This document shows positions 39,919-50,400 of a DNA stretch of 64,000 nucleotides, piece by piece. Numbering within the stretch: the stretch's first letter is position 1; every line of letters begins with the position of its first letter. The position numbers were made by a program, and so were the translations under genes. Under the pieces are notes generated by a model that ran no database searches, was not told the origin of the DNA, and worked only from the letters and a program-made list of their open reading frames with translations. This DNA comes from Ostreococcus lucimarinus (lineage: Eukaryota), in assembly GCA_000092065.1 (NCBI GenBank), contig CP000585.1, one strand, 5' to 3'.

Positions 39919-41673
39919 ATGCGCGCCGTGACGTTCCCGAACGCGCGCCCGACGGGCGCGACGCGAACGGCGCGAGCGCGCGCGCAGGCGGCGAAACGCG
40001 CGACGCGGGGCGGCGATCATCAACGCAATCCGCGAAATGTCGAGAGGCATCGACGGCTGAGCGTCGTGATGCGACGCGATCGCGACGTCGCGATGCGCGG
40101 GGGGGTGAACGAAACGTTCGTGGATCTCGGAACGGCCTCGGGAGGGGTCGAGGAGGAGAAGGTGAGGGCGTCGGGGAAGACTCGGGACGACGAAGGGGAG
40201 ATGCTGTCGTTCGTGGTCTTCGGCGCGAGCGGGGACTTGGCGAAGAAGAAAATCTACCCGGCGCTGTTCGCGCTGTATTACGAGGGACGGTTGCCGAAGA
40301 ATTTCATGATTTACGGCTACGCGCGATCGAGCATGACGACGGAGGAGTTTCGGAATAAAATCGCGGAGTCGTTGACGTGTCGCATCGACTGGAGTAAGGC
40401 GGGGGAGAGCGACTGCGCGGCAAAGTCGGAAGAATTCTTCGCGCGGTGCGTGTACGTGCCGGGTCAATACGATCAAGCGAAGGACTTCAAGGCGTTGGAC
40501 GCGTTGATGTGCGAAAACGAACGCGCGGTTAGCAGCGTAAAGCGCGTGTTTTACCTGAGCATTCCGCCGAGCATCTTTGTACCGGTGGCGCAAAACGCGG
40601 CGCGCGAGTGCCAAAGCAAGACTGGGGACACGAGAGTCATCGTAGAGAAACCGTTCGGGAGAGACTTGACGAGCTCTCGCGAGTTGACCGCGGCGCTCGC
40701 GCAAGACTTGAGCGAGGAGCAAACGTATCGCATCGATCACTACCTCGGGAAGGAGTTGATTGAGAATCTCACCGTCATGCGCTTTTCGAACATCATGTTC
40801 CAACCGCTTTGGAACAGAAACTACATCCGCAACGTGCAAATCAACTTTAGTGAAAACTTTGGCACCGAAGGTCGCGGTGGTTATTTCGATAACTACGGCA
40901 TCATTCGCGACATTATGCAGAACCACTTGCTGCAAATCTTGGCGCTCTTTGCGATGGAGGAACCGGCGAGCCTGGACGCGGAGGACATTCGCAACGAAAA
41001 GGTCAAGGTGATTCGCTGCATGCGTCCGATTGAGATGGATAATGTCGCGTTGGGTCAGTACAAAGGACGAGAAACCGATGGGAAGAAGTATCCGGCGTAT
41101 TTGGACGACGAGACAGTGCCGAAGGGGTCGCTTTGCCCGACGTTCGCCGCGATGGCTTTGTTCATCGATAACGCGCGTTGGGACGGCGTACCGTTTTTGC
41201 TCAAGGCGGGTAAGGCCTTGCACAAGCGTCAAGCGGAGATTCGCGTGCAGTTCCGTCACGCACCTGGTAACTTGTACGGGGAAAGACAAGGTAGAGTTGA
41301 GCACGTCACCAACGAGCTCGTGATTCGCATTCAACCAGACGAAGCGATCTACTTGCGTATCAACAACAAAGTCCCGGGTTTGGGGCAGCGATTGGATCAA
41401 ACGATTTTAGATCTCCAATACAAGAACGCGTACGGTCAAGTTGAGCTTCCGGATGCGTACGAGCGTTTGATTTTGGACGTCATCAACGGCGACAAGCGTC
41501 TCTTCATTCGCAACGACGAACTCGAAGCGGCTTGGAAGCTCTTCACCCCGCTCTTAGACAAAATCGAAGAGCAAAAGATCGCACCGGAGCTTTACCCGTA
41601 CGGATCTCGTGGTCCGATCGGCGCTCACTACCTGGCTTCGCGTTTCAACGTGCGATGGGGAGACACCGAATAA
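39919..41673 (+). CDS. G6PD: glucose-6-phosphate 1-dehydrogenase, plastidic type (transit peptide)
   Basis: NADP site [20 protein letters not shown]6PD signature RIDHYLGKE. Collinear with plant plastidic G6PDH through ...[24 protein letters not shown]. Confidence 0.85.
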   Translation: MRAVTFPNARPTGATRTARARAQAAKRATRGGDHQRNPRNVERHRRLSVVMRRDRDVAMRGGVNETFVDLGTASGGVEEEKVRASGKTRDDEGEMLSFVVFGASGDLAKKKIYPALFALYYEGRLPKNFMIYGYARSSMTTEEFRNKIAESLTCRIDWSKAGESDCAAKSEEFFARCVYVPGQYDQAKDFKALDALMCENERAVSSVKRVFYLSIPPSIFVPVAQNAARECQSKTGDTRVIVEKPFGRDLTSSRELTAALAQDLSEEQTYRIDHYLGKELIENLTVMRFSNIMFQPLWNRNYIRNVQINFSENFGTEGRGGYFDNYGIIRDIMQNHLLQILALFAMEEPASLDAEDIRNEKVKVIRCMRPIEMDNVALGQYKGRETDGKKYPAYLDDETVPKGSLCPTFAAMALFIDNARWDGVPFLLKAGKALHKRQAEIRVQFRHAPGNLYGERQGRVEHVTNELVIRIQPDEAIYLRINNKVPGLGQRLDQTILDLQYKNAYGQVELPDAYERLILDVINGDKRLFIRNDELEAAWKLFTPLLDKIEEQKIAPELYPYGSRGPIGAHYLASRFNVRWGDTE

Positions 41674-41813
41674 GCCCGCGCCCGCGCCGCAGCAGCAATT
41701 TTGTAAAACTTACGCAAGCTCGCAAGTATAAATAAAAACAACTTCATTAGATTTCATTAGTAATATTGGTTACGTGTGTTTTTCGACGGTGTTCGCGCTT
41801 CGTACGAGCTTGA

Positions 41814-43093
41814 TCAATCACTAATCTCGTACAAGACCTTTCCGCGAGATTTACCGGCTTCGAGGTAGTTGTGACCCTCAACGCACTGCTCAAGCGGGAA
41901 GCAGCGGTCGACGGCGACTTGAAGCTCGCCAGAAGAAATCCAGCCGAAGATGTCGTTCGCACGTTCCATGAGCTCTTCGCGAGTGACGGTGTAGTCGTTC
42001 AACTTCGGGCGGGTCAAGTAACCAGACTTGTTGATGAAGCGAAGCGGCGGGAACGCCGGGACGGCGCCGGAGGCATTGCCGAAGGAAACGAAGATACCGC
42101 GGCGAGCCAAGACGTCGATGGAGGTCTCGTACGTGGCGAGGCCGATGCCATCGATGACAGCCTTGACACCTTCGCCCTTGGTGATTTCCATCACTCGCGG
42201 CACGAGGTCGACCGAGGTGTAGTCTTCGTAGGACGTACCCGGCGCTTCATCGTACACGATGAGCTCATCGACGCCCGTGGCGCGCGCGATGTCCTCCTTG
42301 CTCTTAGAGCACGTTCCAATGACCTTGTATCCTCGAAGTTTGGCCATTTGCGCCGCCCATTGGCACGTGCCCGAGCCGGTGCCGTGAATCAACATCCACT
42401 CGCCCGGCTTCACCAGCCCGGCGTGCGCCGAGTGCGTGAGGTAGTGCGCCGTCATTCCTTGCACCCCGCACGACACCGCGACGTCCAAAGGAATAGACTC
42501 CGGTACCGTGATCACCTTGCTCGCCGGCACCGCCGTATACTGCGCGTACGTTTGAAACACAGACGAGTAGCTCACGCGGTCGCCGACCTTGACGCCTTGC
42601 GCTATGGCTTCGTCGCTCGCTGCCGCGATGTATCCACCACCCTCTTGACCGCCGATAAAGGGTAACTCGCGCTTGTACAAACCACTTCGATGGTAGGTAT
42701 CGATAAAGTTAATACCGGAGTACTTATTCTTCACGATGACGCCCCCCGCCGTGAGCTTCGGCGTGGGGTAATCCTTCTCGATCTTCATGTTCGACGCCGG
42801 TCCCGTCTCGCGGATCACCGCCGCGGTCTATATCGCGCGTCGCGTGCGTACGCATATCGTCAGTCGTCGATCTCGTCGCGCCACGCCGCCGCGCGGGGCG
42901 CGCGCGACGCGCACGCGTCGGTTTTCGTCGTCAAAAAGTGTCCCGGTGGATAAGCCGCCGCCAGACACTCTTTCGCGTCGCGTATTCGGTCGTTTCGAGC
43001 GCGCGCGCGCACCATGACATCGGGGACGCCCGACGCGAACGCGCGAACGCCCGTGAGGGTCTTGCGGAGCGAACGAGCCGATCGAGCGAGCAT
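41814..43093 (-). CDS. NADPH:quinone oxidoreductase (zeta-crystallin/Qor/Zta1-like MDR); exons 43093..43013 and 42827..41814
   Basis: KNKYSGINFIDTYHRSGLY and FVSFGNASGAVPAFP...LTRPKLNDYTVTREEL match E. coli Qor and yeast Zta1. Exon 1 MLARSARSLRKTLTGVRAFASGVPDVM looks like a mitochondrial presequence. Donor GTGCGCGCG; branch point CGACGACTGACG; acceptor ATATAG. ORF-track start 42818 is GTG. Confidence 0.65.
42828..43012 (-). other. intron (185 nt) of quinone oxidoreductase gene
   Basis: Minus strand: GTGCGCG donor immediately after exon-1 ...DVM. CGACGACTGACGATATG branch point 26 nt upstream of the TAG/ACC acceptor. Phase 0. Confidence 0.55.
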
Positions 43094-43174
43094 CGTGCGA
43101 GGCGAAGAGTGAGGTCGGGCCGGAGGGTTACAACCGGGCTGGCGCTCTGCGCGCGCGCTCTATGATACATACAT

Positions 43175-45085
43175 TTACTCGTCGTCATCCGTGAACGAGA
43201 CGGCGGATTCGGCGTCGGAATAGCTCGCTAGGTATGACGCTTCGTCGCGATCGGGCGCGGTGGGACGAGACCGACGCTTGGCGTCTCGAGAGGCGACGAT
43301 CGCGCGTCTGGTGGATTCGAGCGCGCGTCTGTTTTCGGCGCTCAAGCCGTCGTACGCTGTTTCTCCGGCGGCGTTCGTGACACGCTCGTCGGCGCCTTTG
43401 CTAACCAGATACTCGCCGAGCTCGAAGTACCCGTAACCGTAGCAATAGTGCAACGCGGTGTTGCCTTGCTTGTTTCGAGCGTCGAGCGGGACGCCGGCGC
43501 GAACGCACATCTTGGTGACGCGCTTGCGGTTGTTTTGCGCAGCGACGATGAGAACGGTGTTTCCGAACGAATCTCGCGTGTCGACGTCAAATTCGGTGCT
43601 ATTGTGCACAAGGATTTCTTGTGCTTCGCTTACGCGCCCGTTACGAACGGCGCTGAAGATGGGATGCTGAACGCCGTTCTCTCTGAGCGTCTTTGGGGCA
43701 TCTTTCTCGATCGACGTCTTGGAAGACGCTTCCTCGGGAATGATCAACTTTGCGGGAGAAAACTTTTTGTACGTCGGAGACACAGAATCTGGTCCAACCG
43801 GGGACCCGAGATTCGTGTCTCGTCGCGCTGGCTCGGGCGAACGCAGCCACTCGGGCAAATCTCTGTCGTCGAGCGTCGTCCGCGCCGGGCTCGGCGAGCT
43901 CTCCGCTGGACTCTGCGCCGCCACCGACGAGTACTTACGCTCCGTTGCCTTCTCTTCCTTGGACCACATCTCGTAGTCTTTCTTCGTGTCCTTTAATTCG
44001 TCCGCGAGCGAGCGCACGCGCGCCTCGCTCGCGTCTCGAGCTCGACGCAGCGCGTTTATTTGCTCAATCATCGCGCGCTCTTTTTCGGTGAACTGCTTCG
44101 TCGTCTTTCGCATTCGACCGAGCTCCGTCTTCAACCCCGCTTCGCCGACGTCGCTCAAATCACCCTCTGGCGCCGCCGTGGCGTTCGTGGACGAATCCTG
44201 CCGCCTCTGCGATTGCGAGACGTTTAGCAATCGCTTTTCCTCAATCTGCAACTCGGCCAACCGACGCTCCGCCTCCGTCTCCTTATCCGCGGCGAGCCGC
44301 TCGCGCTCGGCGATTCGATTTTCCCTCTCGACGAGCGATCTTTCGCGCGCACGCAGCGCGTCTTCTTCCGAACGCAACCTAATTTCAAGCTCGCGCACCT
44401 CGCGTTCCATTCGCGCCCGGTCGAGCGCGACGCGTTCCCGCTCGCTCGAATCCGCGTCCTCTCCTTCGGCGACGCGCGTCGCCGTCACCACCGGCTCGAC
44501 CACCGCTTCGACCGCGCGCGACGTCGACGCGAACGTTTCCGCGCCCTCGCGCGCCGCCTCGTCGTCTAAATCCTCCAAAGTCCGCGTCTCCTCGTCCCCC
44601 GCGCTCGCGAAACAAAAGCAACGCGCCGCCGCCGACGCCCTCCGACCCGTCGCCACCGTCGCCACCGACGTCTCCCGTCGCGCGCGCGTCGCCGCCTCCT
44701 CGCGCGTCGTCTCGTTCGCCCTCGCCTTTTCGCGCGCGTCCGTCGCGTCCGCCCTCCCTTCCGTCCCGTTCGCCGTCTCGCCTCGTCGTCGTCCTCGCGC
44801 GTCGTCGTCCCGCGCGCCCGCCTCGCGCCTCCCTCCCGCGCCTTTCGCCGTCTCCCTCGCCCGTCGCGACTCCGCCCGCGCGCGCGCCATCGCCCGCCAC
44901 CCCTCGTCGCCCTCGCGCCGCCGCGCGTCGACGCCTCGCGCCTCCGCGCGTCGTCGCGCGCGCGCGTTCGCGTCCTCCGTCGCCGCGCGTCCCGCGTCCC
45001 GCCGCGTCTCTTCCCTCGCTCCGCGTCCCGCGCGGTGTCGCGCCATCGCGCGTCGAAGCGCCTCCGAGCGCTCGCGCGACGCCAT
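43175..45085 (-). CDS. ankyrin-repeat protein with long R/E/A-rich coiled-coil N-terminal region
   Basis: C-terminal ankyrin repeats (GNTVLIVAAQNNRKRVTKMCVRAGVPLDARNKQGNTALHYCYGYGYFELGEYLVSKGAD). ORF-track start 45193 is TTG inside a tandem repeat; first ATG (MASRERSE) is at 45085. Confidence 0.5.
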   Translation of the reverse strand: MASRERSEALRRAMARHRAGRGAREETRRDAGRAATEDANARARRRAEARGVDARRREGDEGWRAMARARAESRRARETAKGAGGRREAGARDDDARGRRRGETANGTEGRADATDAREKARANETTREEAATRARRETSVATVATGRRASAAARCFCFASAGDEETRTLEDLDDEAAREGAETFASTSRAVEAVVEPVVTATRVAEGEDADSSERERVALDRARMEREVRELEIRLRSEEDALRARERSLVERENRIAERERLAADKETEAERRLAELQIEEKRLLNVSQSQRRQDSSTNATAAPEGDLSDVGEAGLKTELGRMRKTTKQFTEKERAMIEQINALRRARDASEARVRSLADELKDTKKDYEMWSKEEKATERKYSSVAAQSPAESSPSPARTTLDDRDLPEWLRSPEPARRDTNLGSPVGPDSVSPTYKKFSPAKLIIPEEASSKTSIEKDAPKTLRENGVQHPIFSAVRNGRVSEAQEILVHNSTEFDVDTRDSFGNTVLIVAAQNNRKRVTKMCVRAGVPLDARNKQGNTALHYCYGYGYFELGEYLVSKGADERVTNAAGETAYDGLSAENRRALESTRRAIVASRDAKRRSRPTAPDRDEASYLASYSDAESAVSFTDDDE

Positions 45086-45116
<31 letters not shown>

Positions 45117-45144
45117 ACGACGCGCGGCGACGGCGCGTCGCGCG

Positions 45145-45432
45145 ATGCCGCGCGACGGATCGTCGTCGTCGCGAATCCTGTCTGATCCCTCAAACATCTC
45201 TTTAAATGCGTTGAATCGTTCGTACTTTAACATGGCGCACGTGGAGGCGCGTGCTGCCGTCGTCGCGAATCCTGTCTGATCCCTCAAACGTCTCTTAGAA
45301 TGCGTTGAATCGTTCGTACTTTAACATGGCGCACGCGGAGGCGCGCGATGCCGTCGTCGCGAATCCCGTCTGATCCCTCGAACATCTCTTGAAATGCGTT
45401 GAATCGTTCGTACTTTAACATGGCGCACGTGT
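45145..45432. repeat. tandem repeat, 94-bp unit x about 3.1 copies
   Basis: Units CGTCGTCGCGAATCC[T/C]GTCTGATCCCTC[A/G]AAC[A/G]TCTCTT[T/A/G]AAATGCGTTGAATCGTTCGTACTTTAACATGGCGCACG[T/C]G[G/T]AGG[A/C]GCG repeat with period 94 (gcgaatcc at 45171, 45265, 45359). About 92% identity between copies. Confidence 0.85.
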
Positions 45433-45544
45433 AGGAGCGTGGATATTTTCGTCGTCCGACGTCGTGGTCGGTCGGACGGGCGATCGCGCGGGATCGCGAT
45501 CGCGCGCGGCGCGGGGAGTTCGGCGCGCGCGAACGCGGCGCGCG

Positions 45545-46396
45545 ATGATCGTCTCGCGGCGCGCGCGAGCGGACGACGGCGGGCGCGCGGCGCGCGACGC
45601 GAGCGCGCGCGACGGGGGGAGTTCGGCGACGGGGATCCTGAGCGGCGCGGAGATCGCGACGCTGAGCGAGCACTCGTACGATCGCTTGCTGCGGTTGAAA
45701 CCGCGAGAGATCGGACGAGGGGATCGGTTGACGGCGGAGGAGACGGCGGTGACGTTCGATACGTTCGGGCCGGCGAGCGTGTCGGTGGACATCGTGAGCG
45801 TGGAGAGGGACGAGGGAGGGACGGGGGAGGGACGAGGGCGAGGGACGGCGGACGCGTTTGAGTTTTTTGAAAAGCGGGCGTTTTTGAAGGAGAGTTCGAA
45901 GAGGAACGCGATGGATTTGGCGCGGTTGCGACGGACGCGGATCGCGGACGAGCGCGCGAAGGTGCGGGAACGAGAGCGGGAGCGCGCGGCGAGCGCGCGA
46001 CCGCCGGGAGGACCGGGCGCGAACGGAGCGCCGCCAGAGGTTCGAAGGAAGAAGAGAGGTCGAGGACGGCCGCGAAAGGATGCCGTTAACGCCGCGTCGC
46101 GCCAGCGCGACGCGCGCGGGCGAAAACGGATGTACGACCGATCGACGGAGACGTGCGCGGAGTGCGGGACGCACCAGACGCCGCAGTGGCGAAGTCTTTC
46201 GGCGCAGTTCGCCGTGCTCGAGCGCGCGGGCATGCTCAACGCCGTCGTGTGTAACAGGTGTTACGCCCGCGCGAAGCGCAGAAGCCAACGTCTGGCTCAC
46301 CCTCAAACGACCACGTCGCTCGAGAAGGTCGACGGCGCGTCCGCGCCCGCCGACGCCGACGCCCTCGGCGCTCTGTGCGCCGCCGTCGACCTGTGA
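45545..46396 (+). CDS. GATA-like zinc-finger protein with AT-hook
   Basis: CAECGTHQTPQWRSL...VVCNRCYAR resembles the GATA C-x2-C...C-x2-C finger but with a 28-residue loop. AT-hook KRGRGRPRK. ORF-track start 45464 is GTG; first ATG is 45545. Confidence 0.5.
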   Translation: MIVSRRARADDGGRAARDASARDGGSSATGILSGAEIATLSEHSYDRLLRLKPREIGRGDRLTAEETAVTFDTFGPASVSVDIVSVERDEGGTGEGRGRGTADAFEFFEKRAFLKESSKRNAMDLARLRRTRIADERAKVRERERERAASARPPGGPGANGAPPEVRRKKRGRGRPRKDAVNAASRQRDARGRKRMYDRSTETCAECGTHQTPQWRSLSAQFAVLERAGMLNAVVCNRCYARAKRRSQRLAHPQTTTSLEKVDGASAPADADALGALCAAVDL

Positions 46397-46584
46397 CCGC
46401 GCGCGCGCGCGCTCTGTACGAATACCGCTCGCTTTGTTGAGTCGAATCGTAAATTCGCTCTTTGTTGTTCTTTTGTTTTGTATTGTAGAGAACGCTTCAC
46501 GTCGTGTACGGCTCCGCGTCGTCTCGTCGCGCCCGAGCAACGAACTCGGTCGCGAACGCGCCAGACGCCGCCCGCGCGCGCGCG

Positions 46585-47373
46585 ATGGCGTCGCCGCCCG
46601 GAGGGCTATCGGGCGTCCGCGCGACGCTCGAGCGCGCGCGCGCGATGCTCCACGACGCCGTGCGTCGCGCGCGCGCGGGGAAACGCGACGCGACGGCGGT
46701 CGAGGCGGCGACGGCGAACGAGGCGCGACGACGCGACGCGGACGCGCGCGCGACGACGACGACGGGACGACGCGCGGACGGCTCGCCGTCACCGCCGAAG
46801 ACACCGACGGAATCGACGGAGAAGCGCGCGAAGAGGTCGTCGCCGACGTCGTCGCCCGAGGAGGCGCGCGAAGAGGCGGCGGCGGGACGCGCGAAGCGGA
46901 CGAAGCGGCCGCCGCCCGAACGCGGTGGAGCCGTGCGCGCACCGCTCGAACGCGACGAACCCGCGCGTGGTGTGTATTTCAACTCTTCGTCGTTTACGAT
47001 GATGTCTGCGACGCCAGAGGTGGATTCAGACGACGATGGAGCTCGACGGGAAATCGACGAGAGCGCGCGGTTGATTCACGAATTTACAGACCTCGCCGAG
47101 GAGGAGCTCCAATACATGGTCAAGTGGAATTCCATCGCGCTGAGGTTTCGGTGCTTGGGACGTCACGAAAGCCCGGCGCTGTGTGAGGCATTCGCTAGAA
47201 CGCACTGGCGCTCGCTGCGTGAGAAGGATTTCTTCTCGTATTATCTCAGAACCGTTCTGGCGATGTACGAATTCGGCGCAATCGACCGCGCGGGCGTCGT
47301 GCACGCCCTCAGGGTGGCCGCACATGTCACCGGACAAAAGCGCGTGGGTTGGAGGAGACATTCGATTCATTAG
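46585..47373 (+). CDS. hypothetical protein (conserved-looking C-terminal region, no family recognised)
   Basis: ATG at 46585 (MASPPGG). C-terminal EFTDLAEEELQYMVKWNSIALRFRCLGRHESPALCEAFARTHWRSLREKDFFSYYLRTVLAMYEFG. ORF-track start 46504 is GTG. Confidence 0.4.
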   Translation: MASPPGGLSGVRATLERARAMLHDAVRRARAGKRDATAVEAATANEARRRDADARATTTTGRRADGSPSPPKTPTESTEKRAKRSSPTSSPEEAREEAAAGRAKRTKRPPPERGGAVRAPLERDEPARGVYFNSSSFTMMSATPEVDSDDDGARREIDESARLIHEFTDLAEEELQYMVKWNSIALRFRCLGRHESPALCEAFARTHWRSLREKDFFSYYLRTVLAMYEFGAIDRAGVVHALRVAAHVTGQKRVGWRRHSIH

Positions 47374-47418
47374 TCCTAGATTTGTTGTCGCTCACTAAAT
47401 TTGCTCGCGAAATGCTCG

Positions 47419-50400
47419 CTAAATTTCATCGGCGTTTCGACTGATGACTCTTCGCAGAGACGACTCACGCATCATCCTCATGAGGGAGTAGTACATCTTC
47501 ATTTCATCCCGTCGTCTTCCGGGATAATCTAACGACCGAATTAAACGCAAACCTCGACAGACGTTGATCAGCTCATCAGTGTTGGCGATTTCGTTCACGA
47601 AGACGTCGGAGAGTTTGAAATTGTACATCGTGCGAACAAAAAAGCCGACGGTGACGAAAACAAAGCCGTACAGCGCGCGAAGACTGTAGCTCGATAAGCC
47701 CAAGCTCGACACTAAACCGACGAGGTATCGATCGCTTATGGTGGCGTATAAAACCCCGTAATCTGAAGGCGGTAGCGTCGAGTCAATTCCACAGAAATCC
47801 GGCGCAGCGGTTGGGAAAGAGGGCGACGTCGGAGTCACTTCCCACAAATTCGCCGTCGGCGTCGATCCTAGCGTCATGTTTAAGCCGATGTACGCCGACG
47901 TGTTGAAATCCAAGATCTCGACCATGGTCTCAGGTGTGAGATGAAAGCCGCGCGGTATCACGTTTGCGAACTGGATACTCCCTTGACCGTTGGTGATGAC
48001 GCCGGCGAGCGCGGCGCAATGCGCGTTGGTGAGCGTCGCCACCAAGTCTTGCGAAACCGTCTTCGCCTTCAGCGGGCCGAGTCTAGTGAACTCCGTCGTG
48101 ATAGTCATCTTGGCCGTGCACGTGGATGCTGCTGCTGCTGTGTTGAGCGACTGTGCGAGAGCTAGTTTCGAACTTTGCGGCAAAATCCAAGCGCTTTGAG
48201 AATACTTTGGAAACCGCACGCAGTCGGAGTCAATGCTGCGAAAGGAAAGACCTCTGAGAAGTTCTGACTTCATTGCCTCTTGCGAGATCGAAGACATCCC
48301 GTAACCGGTCGCGAACCCAGAGTATATCCTGTGACGCTCCGTCTTTTCATCCGCGTAGAAGTCTAATTGCACCTGCATCGTCGCAGCTTCTATTCTGTTG
48401 CTCGTCAACGCCGGATTGAATGTGCTAAAGATGAAAATCGGCCCGGTGAGCAACAGCATGATGATGGCGATGATGCCGCCGCCGAGTAGAATCTTAAGGG
48501 GCCAAGGCACAGGTTTTGCTCCGCTGTAATACTGGCGTCTGTTCCGTCTCCACGAGATGAGCATGTCCGTTTTGTGCAACAGGTAGTAAAGCGTCTCGTA
48601 CCGGAACCACATGACGTAATCTATGCTCGTGTCGCACACGACCCAGTCCAAAAGAGTTCGTATTTCGAACAAGAATGGCAACGTGTTGATGAGGTTGTAC
48701 ACGAATCGTCCTACAGGGGTATTCCCGAAACGCATGAGGACGATTTTGAACTGATACCCCTCCCTAAAACCTTCTCGAAGTTGCAACGCGCTGACGATGA
48801 ATTGGAAGAGCATCAAAACCGTAAACGCCTTGAGATGCGAGTTATGTCGCGGAGACACGAATGAACGCGTGTCCAGTAACGGAAGGAAAATGAAAACCAG
48901 TGAGACGTATAGCACGACTTGTGCAAAGTGCAAGTAGAACTTCAACTTGATGTTCTGCGAAAGATACACCAAGCGCATCACAATTATCCACATCACAGAC
49001 GACACGATGGAAATCGTCAGTCCCGTTCCAAAGGACTCCGTCGAACTCAGCGCCGTGCCAGACTCGAAGACTAAGTTACGGTAACCCGTGACAAACCAAC
49101 AAGTAATGATTAATTGTAAGAAAATCTCCAAGGAGTAAAGGTCGACGCCCGGTTTGCCGACATTCCTTTTCGGCATTTTGGCGGAATTGCTAAGACAAAT
49201 CTGCGTCACCAATTCTCTGAAACGAGTTTGTGCAACGTGTATACCCCTAGTGAAGAGGCCGAACGTCCTCATATACGCCCTTCTCCGTTCACGTCGTCTC
49301 AAAGCACGAGTGCGTTCCTTACTAGTGCGTCCTTCTAGATGGTGCGTCTCGACTTGCCGTGTTTTTCCTGTCGCGACATCCTCAAGCGGCGGCGACGTCA
49401 ACGCCGCCAAGTCGATGTCGTCCTTGAATTCACCAGCATGGTACGTCTGATAATCTTCTCGAGGAGCTAGCGGGATGGCATCGCGCCTCGTGCATTGACC
49501 CAAACTATGCATGTGTGACATGTGTAAGACGAGCGTGACAATGAGAAATATGTCTGTCCAGACTTCATCGCGAACCAAATTTCGAGCGCGTGGGACGGTG
49601 AGAAGAGTCGCACTCAACGTGCTAAACTCACTGTCCGCGGCCGGGTCATACAACGTCATCGTCGGACAATACGGTTGCGCACTGATGTACCACTTGTTGC
49701 GGTTGTCAAACTTTGCGTTCGCATCAAGTTCCATGCAGAACGCCTTGCTTCGGAGCAAAATCCGTGCGTAAAAGCACGCGACGGAATACCAGAAGATGAA
49801 ACGCCACATCTCCGGCAGTGGCTGCGGATTCCACATCGCCGCGAACGCCAAAATGAAGATCACGAGACATGCACTCATCAAATCGACGTGATCGATGAAG
49901 TTACACACCAAAGCGATGTACAACAAGCGCTCGCTTTGAGAATAGATGATCTTTCCGAAGCCGGTAATGATATTCGCGCCGCCCCAGTCTCCTTTTCGAG
50001 TCCACTCGCTTTCGCCGCCTTTGTCGTTGGGCAACGGATATAGCGCGGGATCGAGCAAGTAAGCGGCAGAATTTCTCGCAGCGTGGACAACCTTGGCAAC
50101 GCCATTTATCAACTTGTCTTTGCCCGATAAAACCTCTTCACCTTCCTCGTCGTCTTGCGGCATTGGCATGGTGACGACGTCGGATGGCTCTGACGGAGGT
50201 CCGTAACCAATCGACCTTGAACACGATTGCACGGTGAAGGAGTAGCTCATACCCGGAGTTAGACCAGAGATCACATGTGATGACGGTGCCCGTGACTCTG
50301 CATCAACGTCCACTTTCACTGGGTTCACGTGATGTGGAAATATCGTTGTCCGCGGCGAACGCTCGCGCTTTATAGTGAATTGTTCGATGTCGTCAGTCGA

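Noticed and set aside
45193-45287. Recurrent 'MRDQTGFATT...' N-termini of two listed minus-strand ORFs, and the 'MLKYERFNAF' peptide in a third.
   Set aside because: All are translations of the 94-bp tandem repeat units. The 'M' is a TTG codon rather than ATG. They are repeat artefacts, not paralogous protein starts.
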